DNA of 64,000 bases from Chitinophagaceae bacterium (GTDB taxonomy: Bacteria; Bacteroidota; Bacteroidia; Chitinophagales; Chitinophagaceae): positions 72,676 to 136,675 of the forward strand of contig JAIEMP010000008.1 in the NCBI GenBank assembly GCA_019752045.1, written 5' to 3'. A program made the position numbers and the translations under genes. Below, piece by piece: positions 36,109-45,772 of this stretch. Positions within the stretch are counted from its first letter, which is position 1, and each line of letters starts with the position of its first letter. The notes under the pieces were generated by a model. That model was given only the letters and a program-made list of their open reading frames with translations. It had not been told where the DNA came from and searched no databases.

Positions 36109-38532
36109 ATGATACGCAGCCTGTTTGTTTTGTTATTTGCCCTGCAAAGCCTGTGCCTCGTTGCACAAAATGGACTGGGAACCTATAAAAGTTTTAAGCA
36201 AGAAAACGAAACAGCAATTATCAGCACTTCTTCCGTAAAAATTTTTCTCAAAAATTTCCTTGGCGGTATTGTACAAACAACAATTGAAACCAATACTTAT
36301 AAAGGTGAACAGGTGAGCAACGCAGTTCTTAAAAAAGCAATACCCGGTATTGAGCTTATTAAAAATGATGAGGGTTTGCTCCGATTAATGGTAGGTACTA
36401 CCGAGGTTGTTGTTCAAAAAAATCCGGTTCAGATTACCTATTCAAACAAAACGAAAATTGTTTCACTGAATAATTATGGATGGAAAAATGAACATCATGT
36501 TTTGCAGTTTGCTGCAGATCCAACAGAAAAATTTTTCGGTACAGGATCCCGCTCTATTCCTTTAGATAAAAAAGGATATAAAGTAGAACTCAACAATAAT
36601 CCGTGGTATGGATACAGCAGCAATGCAGACAATCTTAATTTCTCCATCCCCTTTCTGCAATCGAGTAAAGGCTATGCATTGTTTATTGATAACCCATCCC
36701 GTGGTTATTTAGATATAGGCAAAACAAATGATCGAATAGTTGAAGTGGGATTGAAGGCAGGCAAACTTCAATTCTACACATTCTTTGCTGAAACGGCAGG
36801 AGAATTGGTTCAGCAGTTTACATCATTAGTTGGTCGCATGCCCATGCCTGCACGTTGGGTGATGGGAAATTTTATGAGTCGCTTTGGTTACAGAACACAA
36901 GACGAAGTAATGAGCATTGCACAAAAAATGAAAGACCAGCAATTTCCGTTTGATGCAGTGATCATTGATCTGTTTTGGTTTGGTGATGCAGTGCATGGCG
37001 CATGGAATATGGGAAACCTTGATTGGAACAAACAACGATTCCCTCAACCTGAAAAAATGATTGCAGATCTCGGCAAACAAAATATCAAAACCATTTTAAT
37101 TACAGAACCGTTTGTGTTATCTGAATCGTTTAATTATAAATTCACACAACAGAATAAACTGAATGCTGTTGATAAAAATGGGGACACTGTTGGCATCAAA
37201 GAATTTTATTTTGGACATACAGGTCTGTTGGATATTTTTCAAAACAAAACAAGAGATTGGTTCTGGAGTAAGTATGATGCACAGATTAAAAAAGGGGTTG
37301 CCGGTTGGTGGGGCGATTTGGGTGAACCGGAAAAGCATCCCAGTTATGTGTACCATAATTTAAAAGACTTGGGCCAAAAGCGTTTGTTCAATGCCGATGA
37401 AGTACATAATCTCTATGGCCATGCATGGAGCCAGATGTTATTTGAAAAATATGCGAAACATTATCCTCAGCAACGATTGTTTCATTTAAACAGAAGTGGT
37501 TTTGCAGGCACATGGCGTTATGGTTCTTTTCCGTGGAGTGGTGATGTAGACCGCAGCTGGAACGGCTTTCGTGCACAGTTGCCCATTATGCAGAGCATGG
37601 CTTTGTGTGGCGTACCAACTATGCACAGCGATGCCGGTGGTTTTGCAATGGGAGTAAGAGATCCGGAATTATATCTGCGTTGGTTGCAGATGGCGGTGTT
37701 TACACCCATCTTTCGTCCGCATGGCAGTGTAAATGCACCCGATCCAACCATTGCCCAAATAGAAAGCGAACCTGTTTTTTATGAGGAACCCAATAAAAGT
37801 ATTTTACGCAAGTTTGTACAGTTGCGTTATCAACTCATGCCTTATACTTATACACTGGCCTATGAAGCTGCAACCAAAGGAACTCCGTTTGTGCGCCCGA
37901 TGTTTTTCAACGATAATACCGACAGCAACTTGTATAAAGCCAACGATCAGTATATGTTTGGTGATGCATTATTAATTGCCCCTGTTTTAGAAAAAGGAGC
38001 AACAAAACGTACACTCTATTTGCCAAAAGGTGAGTGGTATAATTTCTGGAATCCTTCGATTAAACTTAAAGGTGGTGAATGGATAGATGTAGATGCAACG
38101 GCAGAAAGTATTCCTGTGTTTGTAAAAGCAGGAACTGTAATACCCATGAAGCCAATGTTTGATAACACAGCCAACTATCCCAAAGAAAGCATCATTCTTC
38201 ATTATTATTCAGCGGAAGGAAATCAGCAGACAGTGATGTATGAAGATGATGGCACAACCAATAAGGCAAATGAAAAAAATCTGTTTGAACTGATCCACTT
38301 CAACACATCAACGAAGGAGGGACGGATTCAGTTTACAATCAACAGTAATAACGGACAGTACAAGGGCAAACCTCTTCAACGCAACATTGAATTATATGTG
38401 CATGGGGTAAAAGAAGCGAAGCAGGTTTTAATTGATGGAAAATCTCTAAGCAAATGGATGCAGCATGATGATGGAATACATCTGCTAATGTTTATGTGGA
38501 CGCAAGGAATAAAGAAAGTTGAAATAAAATAA
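36109..38532 (+). CDS. Glycoside hydrolase family 31
   Basis: IIDLFWFG, GWWGDLGEPE (nucleophile), WSGDV, RPHGS, YMFGDALLIAP. Confidence 0.93.
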   Translation: MIRSLFVLLFALQSLCLVAQNGLGTYKSFKQENETAIISTSSVKIFLKNFLGGIVQTTIETNTYKGEQVSNAVLKKAIPGIELIKNDEGLLRLMVGTTEVVVQKNPVQITYSNKTKIVSLNNYGWKNEHHVLQFAADPTEKFFGTGSRSIPLDKKGYKVELNNNPWYGYSSNADNLNFSIPFLQSSKGYALFIDNPSRGYLDIGKTNDRIVEVGLKAGKLQFYTFFAETAGELVQQFTSLVGRMPMPARWVMGNFMSRFGYRTQDEVMSIAQKMKDQQFPFDAVIIDLFWFGDAVHGAWNMGNLDWNKQRFPQPEKMIADLGKQNIKTILITEPFVLSESFNYKFTQQNKLNAVDKNGDTVGIKEFYFGHTGLLDIFQNKTRDWFWSKYDAQIKKGVAGWWGDLGEPEKHPSYVYHNLKDLGQKRLFNADEVHNLYGHAWSQMLFEKYAKHYPQQRLFHLNRSGFAGTWRYGSFPWSGDVDRSWNGFRAQLPIMQSMALCGVPTMHSDAGGFAMGVRDPELYLRWLQMAVFTPIFRPHGSVNAPDPTIAQIESEPVFYEEPNKSILRKFVQLRYQLMPYTYTLAYEAATKGTPFVRPMFFNDNTDSNLYKANDQYMFGDALLIAPVLEKGATKRTLYLPKGEWYNFWNPSIKLKGGEWIDVDATAESIPVFVKAGTVIPMKPMFDNTANYPKESIILHYYSAEGNQQTVMYEDDGTTNKANEKNLFELIHFNTSTKEGRIQFTINSNNGQYKGKPLQRNIELYVHGVKEAKQVLIDGKSLSKWMQHDDGIHLLMFMWTQGIKKVEIK

Positions 38533-38601
38533 ATCATAAAACAGCGCTTCACAGACAGCTCTGTCTAACTCACAAACTCATTTCCTCTGTGTTGAATACA
38601 T

Positions 38602-38633
38602 AAAAAAAGCTCCGGCTGAAATGCCGGAGCTTT
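38602..38633 (-). terminator. typA terminator (possibly bidirectional)
   Basis: aaaaaaa-gctccggc-tgaaat-gccggagc-ttt. Confidence 0.85.
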
Positions 38634-38647
38634 GACTTTTATTATGC

Positions 38648-40459
38648 TTACGCCATTTGTGCGTTCATTGATTTTGATTGCTTCTTACGTTCCTCTTCAT
38701 CTAAAATCACTTTGCGCATACGGATATAATTTGGAGTTACTTCAATACACTCATCAAACTGAATATATTCCATACACTCTTCCAAAGTCATCAATGTTTT
38801 TGGAGCCATGCGTGTTGCATCATCCGTTCCGCTTGCACGATGGTTGGTTAATTTCTTTGGTTCCGTTGCATTCACCACCAGATCGCCCGGTTTAATGTTT
38901 TCTGCAATGATCTGCCCGGCATATACTTCTTCAGCAGGATCAACAAAGAAAGTACCACGGTCCTGTAACTTATCAATAGAGTAACCGGTTGTTTTGGCTG
39001 TGTTCTTTGAAATCAACACACCGTTATTTCTTCCCGGAATATTTCCTTTCCATGGTTTGTATTCGTTAAAACGATGCGCCATTACAGCTTCGCCTGTTGT
39101 AGCAGTGAGCATTTGTGTACGCAAGCCAATCAACCCTCTTGATGGAATTTCAAATTCAAGATGCTGCATTTCACCTTTGGTTTCCATGATCAGCATTTCA
39201 CCTTTACGGCGTGTAACCAAATCAATTACTTTACTGGCAAATTCCTGCGGCACATCAACAACCAGTGTTTCATAAGGCTCACATTTTTTACCATTGAGTT
39301 CTTTGGTAATCACCTGAGGTTGTCCAACAGTTAATTCATATCCTTCTCTGCGCATGGTTTCAATTAAGATACCAAGGTGAAGAATACCACGACCGTACAC
39401 CATCAAACTATCACCGTCTTCACTATCTGTTACACGAAGTGCTAAGTTTTTTTCTGTTTCTTTCATCAACCTGTCACGCAAGTGGCGACTGGTAACAAAC
39501 TTTCCGTCTTTACCAAAGAACGGGGAGTTGTTTACACTGAACAACATATTCATGGTTGGTTCATCAACACTAATCACCGGTAATGCTTCCGGGTTTTCTG
39601 CATCAGCGAGTGTATCACCAATATTAAAATCATCAACACCCACAACTGCACAAAGATCACCAGCAATCACTTCCGTTACTTTTTTCTTACCCATTCCTTC
39701 AAACACATACAGCTCTTTTACTTTGAGCTTTCTTACTGTTCCATCTGCCTGCATCAATGCTGCCTGCTGACCTTCTTTGATTGCACCACGGCTTACTTTA
39801 CCAATGGCAATACGACCAAGGAAAGAAGAATAATCCAAAGAAGTTAACTGCATTTGCAATGGACCATCAGCTACTTTAGGAGCAGGTACATGTTTGATGA
39901 TGCCATCTAATAAAGGGAAGATATTATCAATCTCGGTTAATGAATCGTTGAACCAACCGTTCTTTCCGCTACCATAATAAGTAGGGAAATCCAATTGCTC
40001 TTCAGTAGCATCGAGGTTAAAGAATAATTCAAATACAGCATCATGCACTTCATCAGGGCGACAGTTTGGTTTATCAACTTTGTTGATCACCACAATCGGT
40101 TTCAGATTTAAGTGCAATGCTTTCTGCAACACAAAACGTGTTTGCGGCATCGGTCCTTCAAACGCATCAACCAACAGAATTACACCATCGGCCATTTTCA
40201 ATACACGCTCTACCTCACCACCAAAATCGGCGTGACCGGGAGTATCGATTACGTTAATTTTTACACCATTATATACTACGGCTGCGTTTTTTGAAAAGAT
40301 GGTAATGCCACGCTCTCTTTCGAGATCGTTACTATCCATAATCAGTTCGCCGGTGTCCTGATTATCACGAAACACCTTGGTGGCATGTAATATTTTATCT
40401 ACCAGGGTTGTTTTTCCATGATCTACGTGTGCAATAATTGCTATGTTGCGGATATTCAT
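38648..40459 (-). CDS. typA: Translational GTPase TypA/BipA
   Basis: NIAIIAHVDHGKTT, DTPGHADFGGEVER, NKVD, GRGILHL. Confidence 0.98.
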   Translation of the reverse strand: MNIRNIAIIAHVDHGKTTLVDKILHATKVFRDNQDTGELIMDSNDLERERGITIFSKNAAVVYNGVKINVIDTPGHADFGGEVERVLKMADGVILLVDAFEGPMPQTRFVLQKALHLNLKPIVVINKVDKPNCRPDEVHDAVFELFFNLDATEEQLDFPTYYGSGKNGWFNDSLTEIDNIFPLLDGIIKHVPAPKVADGPLQMQLTSLDYSSFLGRIAIGKVSRGAIKEGQQAALMQADGTVRKLKVKELYVFEGMGKKKVTEVIAGDLCAVVGVDDFNIGDTLADAENPEALPVISVDEPTMNMLFSVNNSPFFGKDGKFVTSRHLRDRLMKETEKNLALRVTDSEDGDSLMVYGRGILHLGILIETMRREGYELTVGQPQVITKELNGKKCEPYETLVVDVPQEFASKVIDLVTRRKGEMLIMETKGEMQHLEFEIPSRGLIGLRTQMLTATTGEAVMAHRFNEYKPWKGNIPGRNNGVLISKNTAKTTGYSIDKLQDRGTFFVDPAEEVYAGQIIAENIKPGDLVVNATEPKKLTNHRASGTDDATRMAPKTLMTLEECMEYIQFDECIEVTPNYIRMRKVILDEEERKKQSKSMNAQMA

Positions 40460-40510
40460 AATCAATACGTTAGGCTTGAAGCATTTACCTCAAAGCCATT
40501 TTTGAGGCGG

Positions 40511-40518
40511 CAAAGGTA
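40511..40518 (-). promoter_or_regulatory. Bacteroidota -7 promoter element
   Basis: TACCTTTG on the minus strand upstream of typA. Confidence 0.65.
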
Positions 40519-40726
40519 TGCTTTAAAAACGGGGTGGCAAGGGAAAAGGAGGTTAATGTTTGGTTACGGGCTGTTGTTCTTTAATGAACCACGGTTGCCA
40601 CGCTCGCTTGTACTTACAGAACAAATTGCAGCTATTCGTTCAACTATCTTAAGACTTCTCTAAGATGAGAAAAGGATAACGTTGTTATCAACACGATCCC
40701 TTTTCAAAAAAATCAATTCAATCATG

Positions 40727-41617
40727 TTAATATAATGCTGCTCCTGCTTTCATTTTCTCCATTGCTTTCTCTGCTCGTTTAATGGCCAGTTGCTTTTTAT
40801 AGTTGAACCATTTCTGACCACGGATCTTGAACATGATGTCATCGAATTTACGCTGGAGCGTTACATTCCATAATCCGGTTAAGATCGTACCCATGCTTGC
40901 ACCAATGGTACGCACCGATAAGCCAAAACCACCTTCGGCATATTCAATGTGATGCCAGTAACCACTTGGCATGTACAGTGTATCGCCATACTCCAGATAA
41001 CCTGTTACGCCTTTTGCGTATTGCATAGCGGGATAGGTTTCAAAATCAGGCTTATCAATATCAACCAAACCATGCACATTAAACGGAAGACGGTATAAAA
41101 AATCGCTTTGATCGGGAGGAAATAATACTACACGACGTTTACCGACAAACTGTGTAAGGAACACATTGCTCATGTCTATATCCATGTGCATACGTGTTAC
41201 CGAATGCTTGGGGCCAAAGAACATGAACGGTATTTTAATATAACGGCCGGTGATTTTTGGATAGCCAAAATCTTTCAGCAGTTCAGGTTTGTGTTTAAAT
41301 ACAGGAAACAAAAACAGACGGAGATCGGTTGGCTCTTTTTCAATAAGCTCCAAATATTCATTAAACTTCATCTCCGCATGTGCCACACTGAGTGTTTCAC
41401 TTGGGTTGGCTTTCTTGGTGCTGAACAGTTTCACTTTTATATCGCCCATGGATTGTTTGAAATAATCCATCGTCCATTTTTCATATGCAGGATATTGCTT
41501 CCACAAGCCACGAAGAATAACGGGCTTTTGCGGCTTCAGATATTTCTCAGTAAACTCTTTACGTGTTATGGTAGTTCCGTCAATGATAGGAATTGGCGTA
41601 TCAATATTCATCTTCAT
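40727..41617 (-). CDS. JmjC/cupin-like (Cupin_8) protein
   Basis: FMFFG, MHMDID, GDTLYMPSGYWHHI. Confidence 0.88.
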   Translation of the reverse strand: MKMNIDTPIPIIDGTTITRKEFTEKYLKPQKPVILRGLWKQYPAYEKWTMDYFKQSMGDIKVKLFSTKKANPSETLSVAHAEMKFNEYLELIEKEPTDLRLFLFPVFKHKPELLKDFGYPKITGRYIKIPFMFFGPKHSVTRMHMDIDMSNVFLTQFVGKRRVVLFPPDQSDFLYRLPFNVHGLVDIDKPDFETYPAMQYAKGVTGYLEYGDTLYMPSGYWHHIEYAEGGFGLSVRTIGASMGTILTGLWNVTLQRKFDDIMFKIRGQKWFNYKKQLAIKRAEKAMEKMKAGAALY

Positions 41618-41667
41618 GTATGCCTTTTTTACAAATGTTTTGTAAGGGCACAAATTTAGGTCAATTT

Positions 41668-41756
41668 AAGGAACAAGGCACAAGGGGCAGGAAATCAAAT
41701 GTTCAAGCCACAAGAGAAAAAATACATTATGCAAGGAATAAGGTCCAAGGCACAAG
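41668..41756 (+). repeat. Clusters of heptameric AAGGnnn tandem repeats
   Basis: aaggaac/aaggcac/aaggggc at 41668-41688 and aaggaat/aaggtcc/aaggcac/aag at 41733-41756. Confidence 0.65.
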
Positions 41757-41794
41757 TATTTAAATTATAAATCCTCCATCATAAAAAAGACATC

Positions 41795-43204
41795 TTACAG
41801 TTGTTCCCATACCAATTTTGCAAACTGCTCCAGTGAAGGATCACGGGCACCCATAAGAAGCAACACACAGTCATCTGAAAAATGCGGACGAAGTGAAGCA
41901 ACAAGATCGTTCCTGTTGTCGACGAAAAATGCCTGTGCTCCCTTTCCTTTTAAATCAATAATCAGATCATTTGCAGAAATGTCTTTTACCGTTGTTCCGC
42001 CGGCATAAAAAATTTCACTCATCCATATTTCATCTTGCGGACGTAATACTTTGCTGATCTCTTCCACAAAATCGTTGCGTAGAAATTTTGTTGGCCCATA
42101 ACCATGTGGTTGAAACCAGGCAATTACTTTTTTAGCAATGGGCTGACAGGCCTCAATACTTGCCGCACACTTGGCGGGGTTGTGTGCGTAATCATCAATT
42201 AGCCACACATTGTTTTTTTGTCCGATGATTTGATGACGACGATAGATGCCTTCATAATTTTTCAATGCTTCGGCTGCTGTTTGCAAAGGAACGCCGATAA
42301 GATTGGCAATTGTTGCAGCAGCCAGAGCGTTTTCCATATTGTGTTTACCGAGAGCGTGCAGAATGAATGATGAGTGATCAGTGATGAGTGATTGTCCTCC
42401 ACTTTTTTGAATCTCAAATGAAATGGAAAAGCCTTCCTGTTTAAAGTTTGTAGCATGATAAGCTGCATCATCCGAAATATCAACTGAAAAATTATGCAAA
42501 GGGTTAGCAGATAATTTTTTTGCCAGTGTATGCGATTGATTAACGACAAAGAATTCGCTTGTATTTTTTTTGAACTGTTCAAAAATTTCGATGAGCGTAT
42601 CAATTTCTTTGTGATCCTTATCGATGTTGATGAGTAATCCAACTTCAGGTGTATAGTTCACAATGCTGCCATCGCTTTCATCGGCTTCGATAACGAGCCA
42701 GTCGCCACTGCCAACTTTTGCATTACCTATCTTACCCTCCTTTATAATGCTTGTCAACCCAGCACCGCTAATGATGCTTGGTTGCATACCTGCATGTTGC
42801 AAAATATCAAACAACATGGCACTGGTAGTTGATTTACCACTGGTGCCGCCAACAGCAATCGTTTTTTTGCTTCTTGCAATAATGGCCAATAGCTCTGCAC
42901 GTTTGATGATGGGAATGTTGAGTTGCTTAGCTTTGATCACTTCTTCAACCGTATCTTCTACTGCAGTTGATACAACAATCAAATCTGTTTTATCAGTTAT
43001 GCCTTCACCATCCTGCAAAAAACAACGGATGCCTTCTGCTTCCAGTTTTTCTTTTGTTTCATTCGGCTCATTGGGATGAAAATACCGGTCGCTGCCACTT
43101 ACATCTTTGCCAATACCTTTTAAATATTGTGCAATGGCACTCATGCCGGTACCGGCAACACCAATAAAAAAAATATTGTTGAAATCGTTGATGGATTTGA
43201 TCAT
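41795..43204 (-). CDS. murC: UDP-N-acetylmuramate--L-alanine ligase (MurC/Mpl-like), outside the dcw cluster
   Basis: GVAGTGMSAIA, GGTSGKSTT, EADESDG, HNMEN, DDYAHNP, FQPH. Confidence 0.8.
   Translation of the reverse strand: MIKSINDFNNIFFIGVAGTGMSAIAQYLKGIGKDVSGSDRYFHPNEPNETKEKLEAEGIRCFLQDGEGITDKTDLIVVSTAVEDTVEEVIKAKQLNIPIIKRAELLAIIARSKKTIAVGGTSGKSTTSAMLFDILQHAGMQPSIISGAGLTSIIKEGKIGNAKVGSGDWLVIEADESDGSIVNYTPEVGLLINIDKDHKEIDTLIEIFEQFKKNTSEFFVVNQSHTLAKKLSANPLHNFSVDISDDAAYHATNFKQEGFSISFEIQKSGGQSLITDHSSFILHALGKHNMENALAAATIANLIGVPLQTAAEALKNYEGIYRRHQIIGQKNNVWLIDDYAHNPAKCAASIEACQPIAKKVIAWFQPHGYGPTKFLRNDFVEEISKVLRPQDEIWMSEIFYAGGTTVKDISANDLIIDLKGKGAQAFFVDNRNDLVASLRPHFSDDCVLLLMGARDPSLEQFAKLVWEQL
42361..42395. 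repeat. Heptameric TGAT(G/C)AG tandem repeat inside the murC-like gene
   Basis: gaatgaa tgatgag tgatcag tgatgag tgattgt; encodes QSLITDHSSFI. Confidence 0.7.
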
Positions 43205-43238
43205 AGTTTACAAAAATAAGCGCTTCGGATTTGATTAT

Positions 43239-43278
43239 GCGGGTGAGCCACCCTTGAAGAAAGCGGGTGATGCACCCT
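43239..43278. repeat. Two direct copies of a small palindrome
   Basis: gcgggtgagccaccct (43239) and gcgggtgatgcaccct (43263): GGGTG-N3-CACCC, 24-bp spacing. Confidence 0.7.
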
Positions 43279-43302
43279 GCATGTAAGTGAAGTGAGATTC
43301 TC

Positions 43303-43310
43303 TACCTTTG
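43303..43310 (+). promoter_or_regulatory. Bacteroidota -7 promoter element
   Basis: TACCTTTG upstream of the FAH gene. Confidence 0.65.
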
Positions 43311-43344
43311 GCACTCTTCAATTAATACGTTAAACGATTGTACA

Positions 43345-44349
43345 ATGAAATTGATCTCTTACTTAAAAGATGAACACGAACAGCTAGCAGTTTTTCACAA
43401 CGGACTTGTGTATGATATGGATACGCTGCATCCTGATTTGCCCACCAGTATGAATATGTTTTTGCAATACTGGGATGAATATCTTGAACTTGCAAAAGCC
43501 AGTTTAAAAGCTGTACAGGAAGGGCGTTTAATGCCGGGTAATGCTGTGCCGATTGACGATCTGCAATTACTGGCTCCTGTTCCCATGCCGCCCAGTTGCA
43601 GAGATGGATATGCGTTTCGCCAGCATGTGGAAGCTGCACGAAGAAATCGCAAAGTGGATATGATTGCCGAATTTGATCAATACCCGATTTTTTATTTTAC
43701 CAATCATCACAGTATACAAGGTCCCGGCGATGTGCGTTGCATGCCTGATCATTTTGAAAAGCTCGATTTTGAATTGGAAGTTGCCATTGTGATTTGTAAA
43801 CATGGCCGCAACATCCGTGCAGAAGAAGCGGATGCATACATTGGCGGTTTGATGATCATGAACGATATGAGTGCACGTCGTTTGCAGATGGAAGAGATGT
43901 TGCTGAATCTTGGTCCAGCTAAGGGGAAAGATTTTTCAACAGCGATTGGTCCGTGGTTGGTAACACTTGATGAACTGCAGGAGTTTGTTGTACCCGCAAA
44001 AGAAAATCATGTGGGATTAAACTGGAATTTAAATATGAAGTGTAAGGTAAATGCTGTGCAAGTGAGTAGAGGCAATGTTTCTGAAATGAACTGGACCTTT
44101 GCTGAAATTATTGAACGTGCCAGTTATGGTGTTGATCTGTATCCCGGTGATGTGATTGGAAGTGGTACTGTTGGCACAGGTTGTTTTTTAGAATTAAATG
44201 GAACAGCCAAACTAAACGATCCCAATTATACAGAACAATGGTTAAAAGAGGGTGATGTGGTTGAAATGGAAATTGATGGCTTGGGCAGATTGAGTAATAC
44301 AATGGTGAGCGAGGGGGATGATTTTTCGATTTTGGGGAGGAAGAAATAG
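43345..44349 (+). CDS. Fumarylacetoacetate hydrolase family protein
   Basis: RDGYAFRQH, LDFELE, MNDMSAR, KGKDF, GDVIGSGTVG. Confidence 0.92.
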   Translation: MKLISYLKDEHEQLAVFHNGLVYDMDTLHPDLPTSMNMFLQYWDEYLELAKASLKAVQEGRLMPGNAVPIDDLQLLAPVPMPPSCRDGYAFRQHVEAARRNRKVDMIAEFDQYPIFYFTNHHSIQGPGDVRCMPDHFEKLDFELEVAIVICKHGRNIRAEEADAYIGGLMIMNDMSARRLQMEEMLLNLGPAKGKDFSTAIGPWLVTLDELQEFVVPAKENHVGLNWNLNMKCKVNAVQVSRGNVSEMNWTFAEIIERASYGVDLYPGDVIGSGTVGTGCFLELNGTAKLNDPNYTEQWLKEGDVVEMEIDGLGRLSNTMVSEGDDFSILGRKK

Positions 44350-44835
44350 TTGGCGCAGAGAACAAGAGATGCAGAGTTGAACGCAGAGTATTGAAAAAAA
44401 TTTATTAATATGAATAAGGAACGCCTTAACCAAATAGGTTCGGTTATTCTGGATTCAGCAATAACAGTTCACAGGGAATTAGGTCCGGGCTTGTTGGAAT
44501 CTGCTTATCAACTTGCTTTAAAGAGAGAATTGGAGCTGCGGGGATTACATGTGTTGGCCAATGTACCTGTGCAATTAATCTATAAAGATCAGCCACTGGG
44601 GAAAGCATATGAAATTGATCTATTGGTAGAAGGAGAAGTGGTGATTGAAAACAAATCGGTTGAGTTAGTGAATCCGGTTTTTCAGTTTCAGGTAATTACC
44701 TATTTAAAGCTTTACAATAAACAACTCGGTTATCTCATTAACTTTAATGTGCCGCTTTTAAAAGATGGATTTAAACGAATCGTTCACAATTTTTAACTCT
44801 GCGCATCACTCTTTTTCTCTTGTTCTCTGCGCCAA
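44350..44835 (+). mobile_element. GxxExxY cassette with perfect 20-bp terminal inverted repeats
   Basis: ttggcgcagagaacaagaga (44350-44369) and tctcttgttctctgcgccaa (44816-44835) span exactly from the upstream TAG to the downstream ATG. Confidence 0.75.
44410..44796 (+). CDS. GxxExxY protein (PD-(D/E)XK-like nuclease fold)
   Basis: GPGLLESAY motif; IDLLVEGEVVIENK; QVITYLK; GYLINFN. Confidence 0.93.
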   Translation: MNKERLNQIGSVILDSAITVHRELGPGLLESAYQLALKRELELRGLHVLANVPVQLIYKDQPLGKAYEIDLLVEGEVVIENKSVELVNPVFQFQVITYLKLYNKQLGYLINFNVPLLKDGFKRIVHNF

Positions 44836-45729
44836 ATGAATCATATGATCATTGATCTCACAGACATCAACCCCATGCAAAAACAACAATGGCTGCAACA
44901 TGCTGTTGCGCCACGCCCCGTTTGTTTTGCATCTACAATAGATAAAGAAGGAAATGTAAACCTGAGTCCGTTCAGTTTTTTCAATTTGTTTTCATCGAAT
45001 CCACCCATCGTTGTGTTTTCGCCTGCACGCAGGGTAAGAGATAATACAACCAAGCATACATTGCAGAATGTATTAGATGTTCCTGAAGTTGTGATCAACA
45101 TTGTTGATTATGAAATGGTGCAGCAGGTAAGTTTAGCCAGTTGCGAATTCCCAAAAGGCACCAATGAATTTATAAAAGCAGGATTTACAGAAGAAGCTGC
45201 CACATTGATAAAACCACCGATGGTAAAGGAAAGCAAAGTGAAGATGGAATGTAAAGTGATTGAAGTAAAACCATTGGGAACAGAAGGTGGTGCAGGTAAC
45301 CTGGTTATTTGTGAAGTGCTGCGTATGCATGTAGATGAAAGTATTTTGAATACAGAAGGAACAATGATTGATCAGCGCAGGCTGCAGCATATTGCACGCC
45401 TCGGCGGCGATTGGTATTGCAAAGTAGATGAACACAGTTTGTTTCATGTAGCCAAACCAAATACGCAACTCGGTATTGGCATTGATGCCATACCTGAAAC
45501 CATCCGCAACAGTAACATTCTCACGGGTAACAATCTGGGTCAACTGGCCAATGTGCATGATTACCCTGTTGTGGATGCTGCATTTTATGATGAACGATTA
45601 AAAAACATCATCCAATATTTTTCCATCAATCCCGATGAGATGGATAAAGAATTGCATCGTTATGCAAAAGAGCTGCTCGATGCAGGGAAAGTGAACGAAG
45701 CATGGCAGGTATTACTGGCCGACAGCTAA
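44836..45729 (+). CDS. Flavin reductase family protein
   Basis: VAPRPVCFAST, NLSPFSFFN, KHTLQN, ARLGGDWY. Confidence 0.9.
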   Translation: MNHMIIDLTDINPMQKQQWLQHAVAPRPVCFASTIDKEGNVNLSPFSFFNLFSSNPPIVVFSPARRVRDNTTKHTLQNVLDVPEVVINIVDYEMVQQVSLASCEFPKGTNEFIKAGFTEEAATLIKPPMVKESKVKMECKVIEVKPLGTEGGAGNLVICEVLRMHVDESILNTEGTMIDQRRLQHIARLGGDWYCKVDEHSLFHVAKPNTQLGIGIDAIPETIRNSNILTGNNLGQLANVHDYPVVDAAFYDERLKNIIQYFSINPDEMDKELHRYAKELLDAGKVNEAWQVLLADS

Positions 45730-45772
45730 AAAACGATGAATTTTTTGCAACCACTTGTAGTAATTTTAACCC

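Noticed and set aside
38547-38595. Short ctctgt/aactca repeats here and at 53597-53613
   Set aside because: They resemble fragments of the GCAGAG and heptamer families but are too short and degenerate to support
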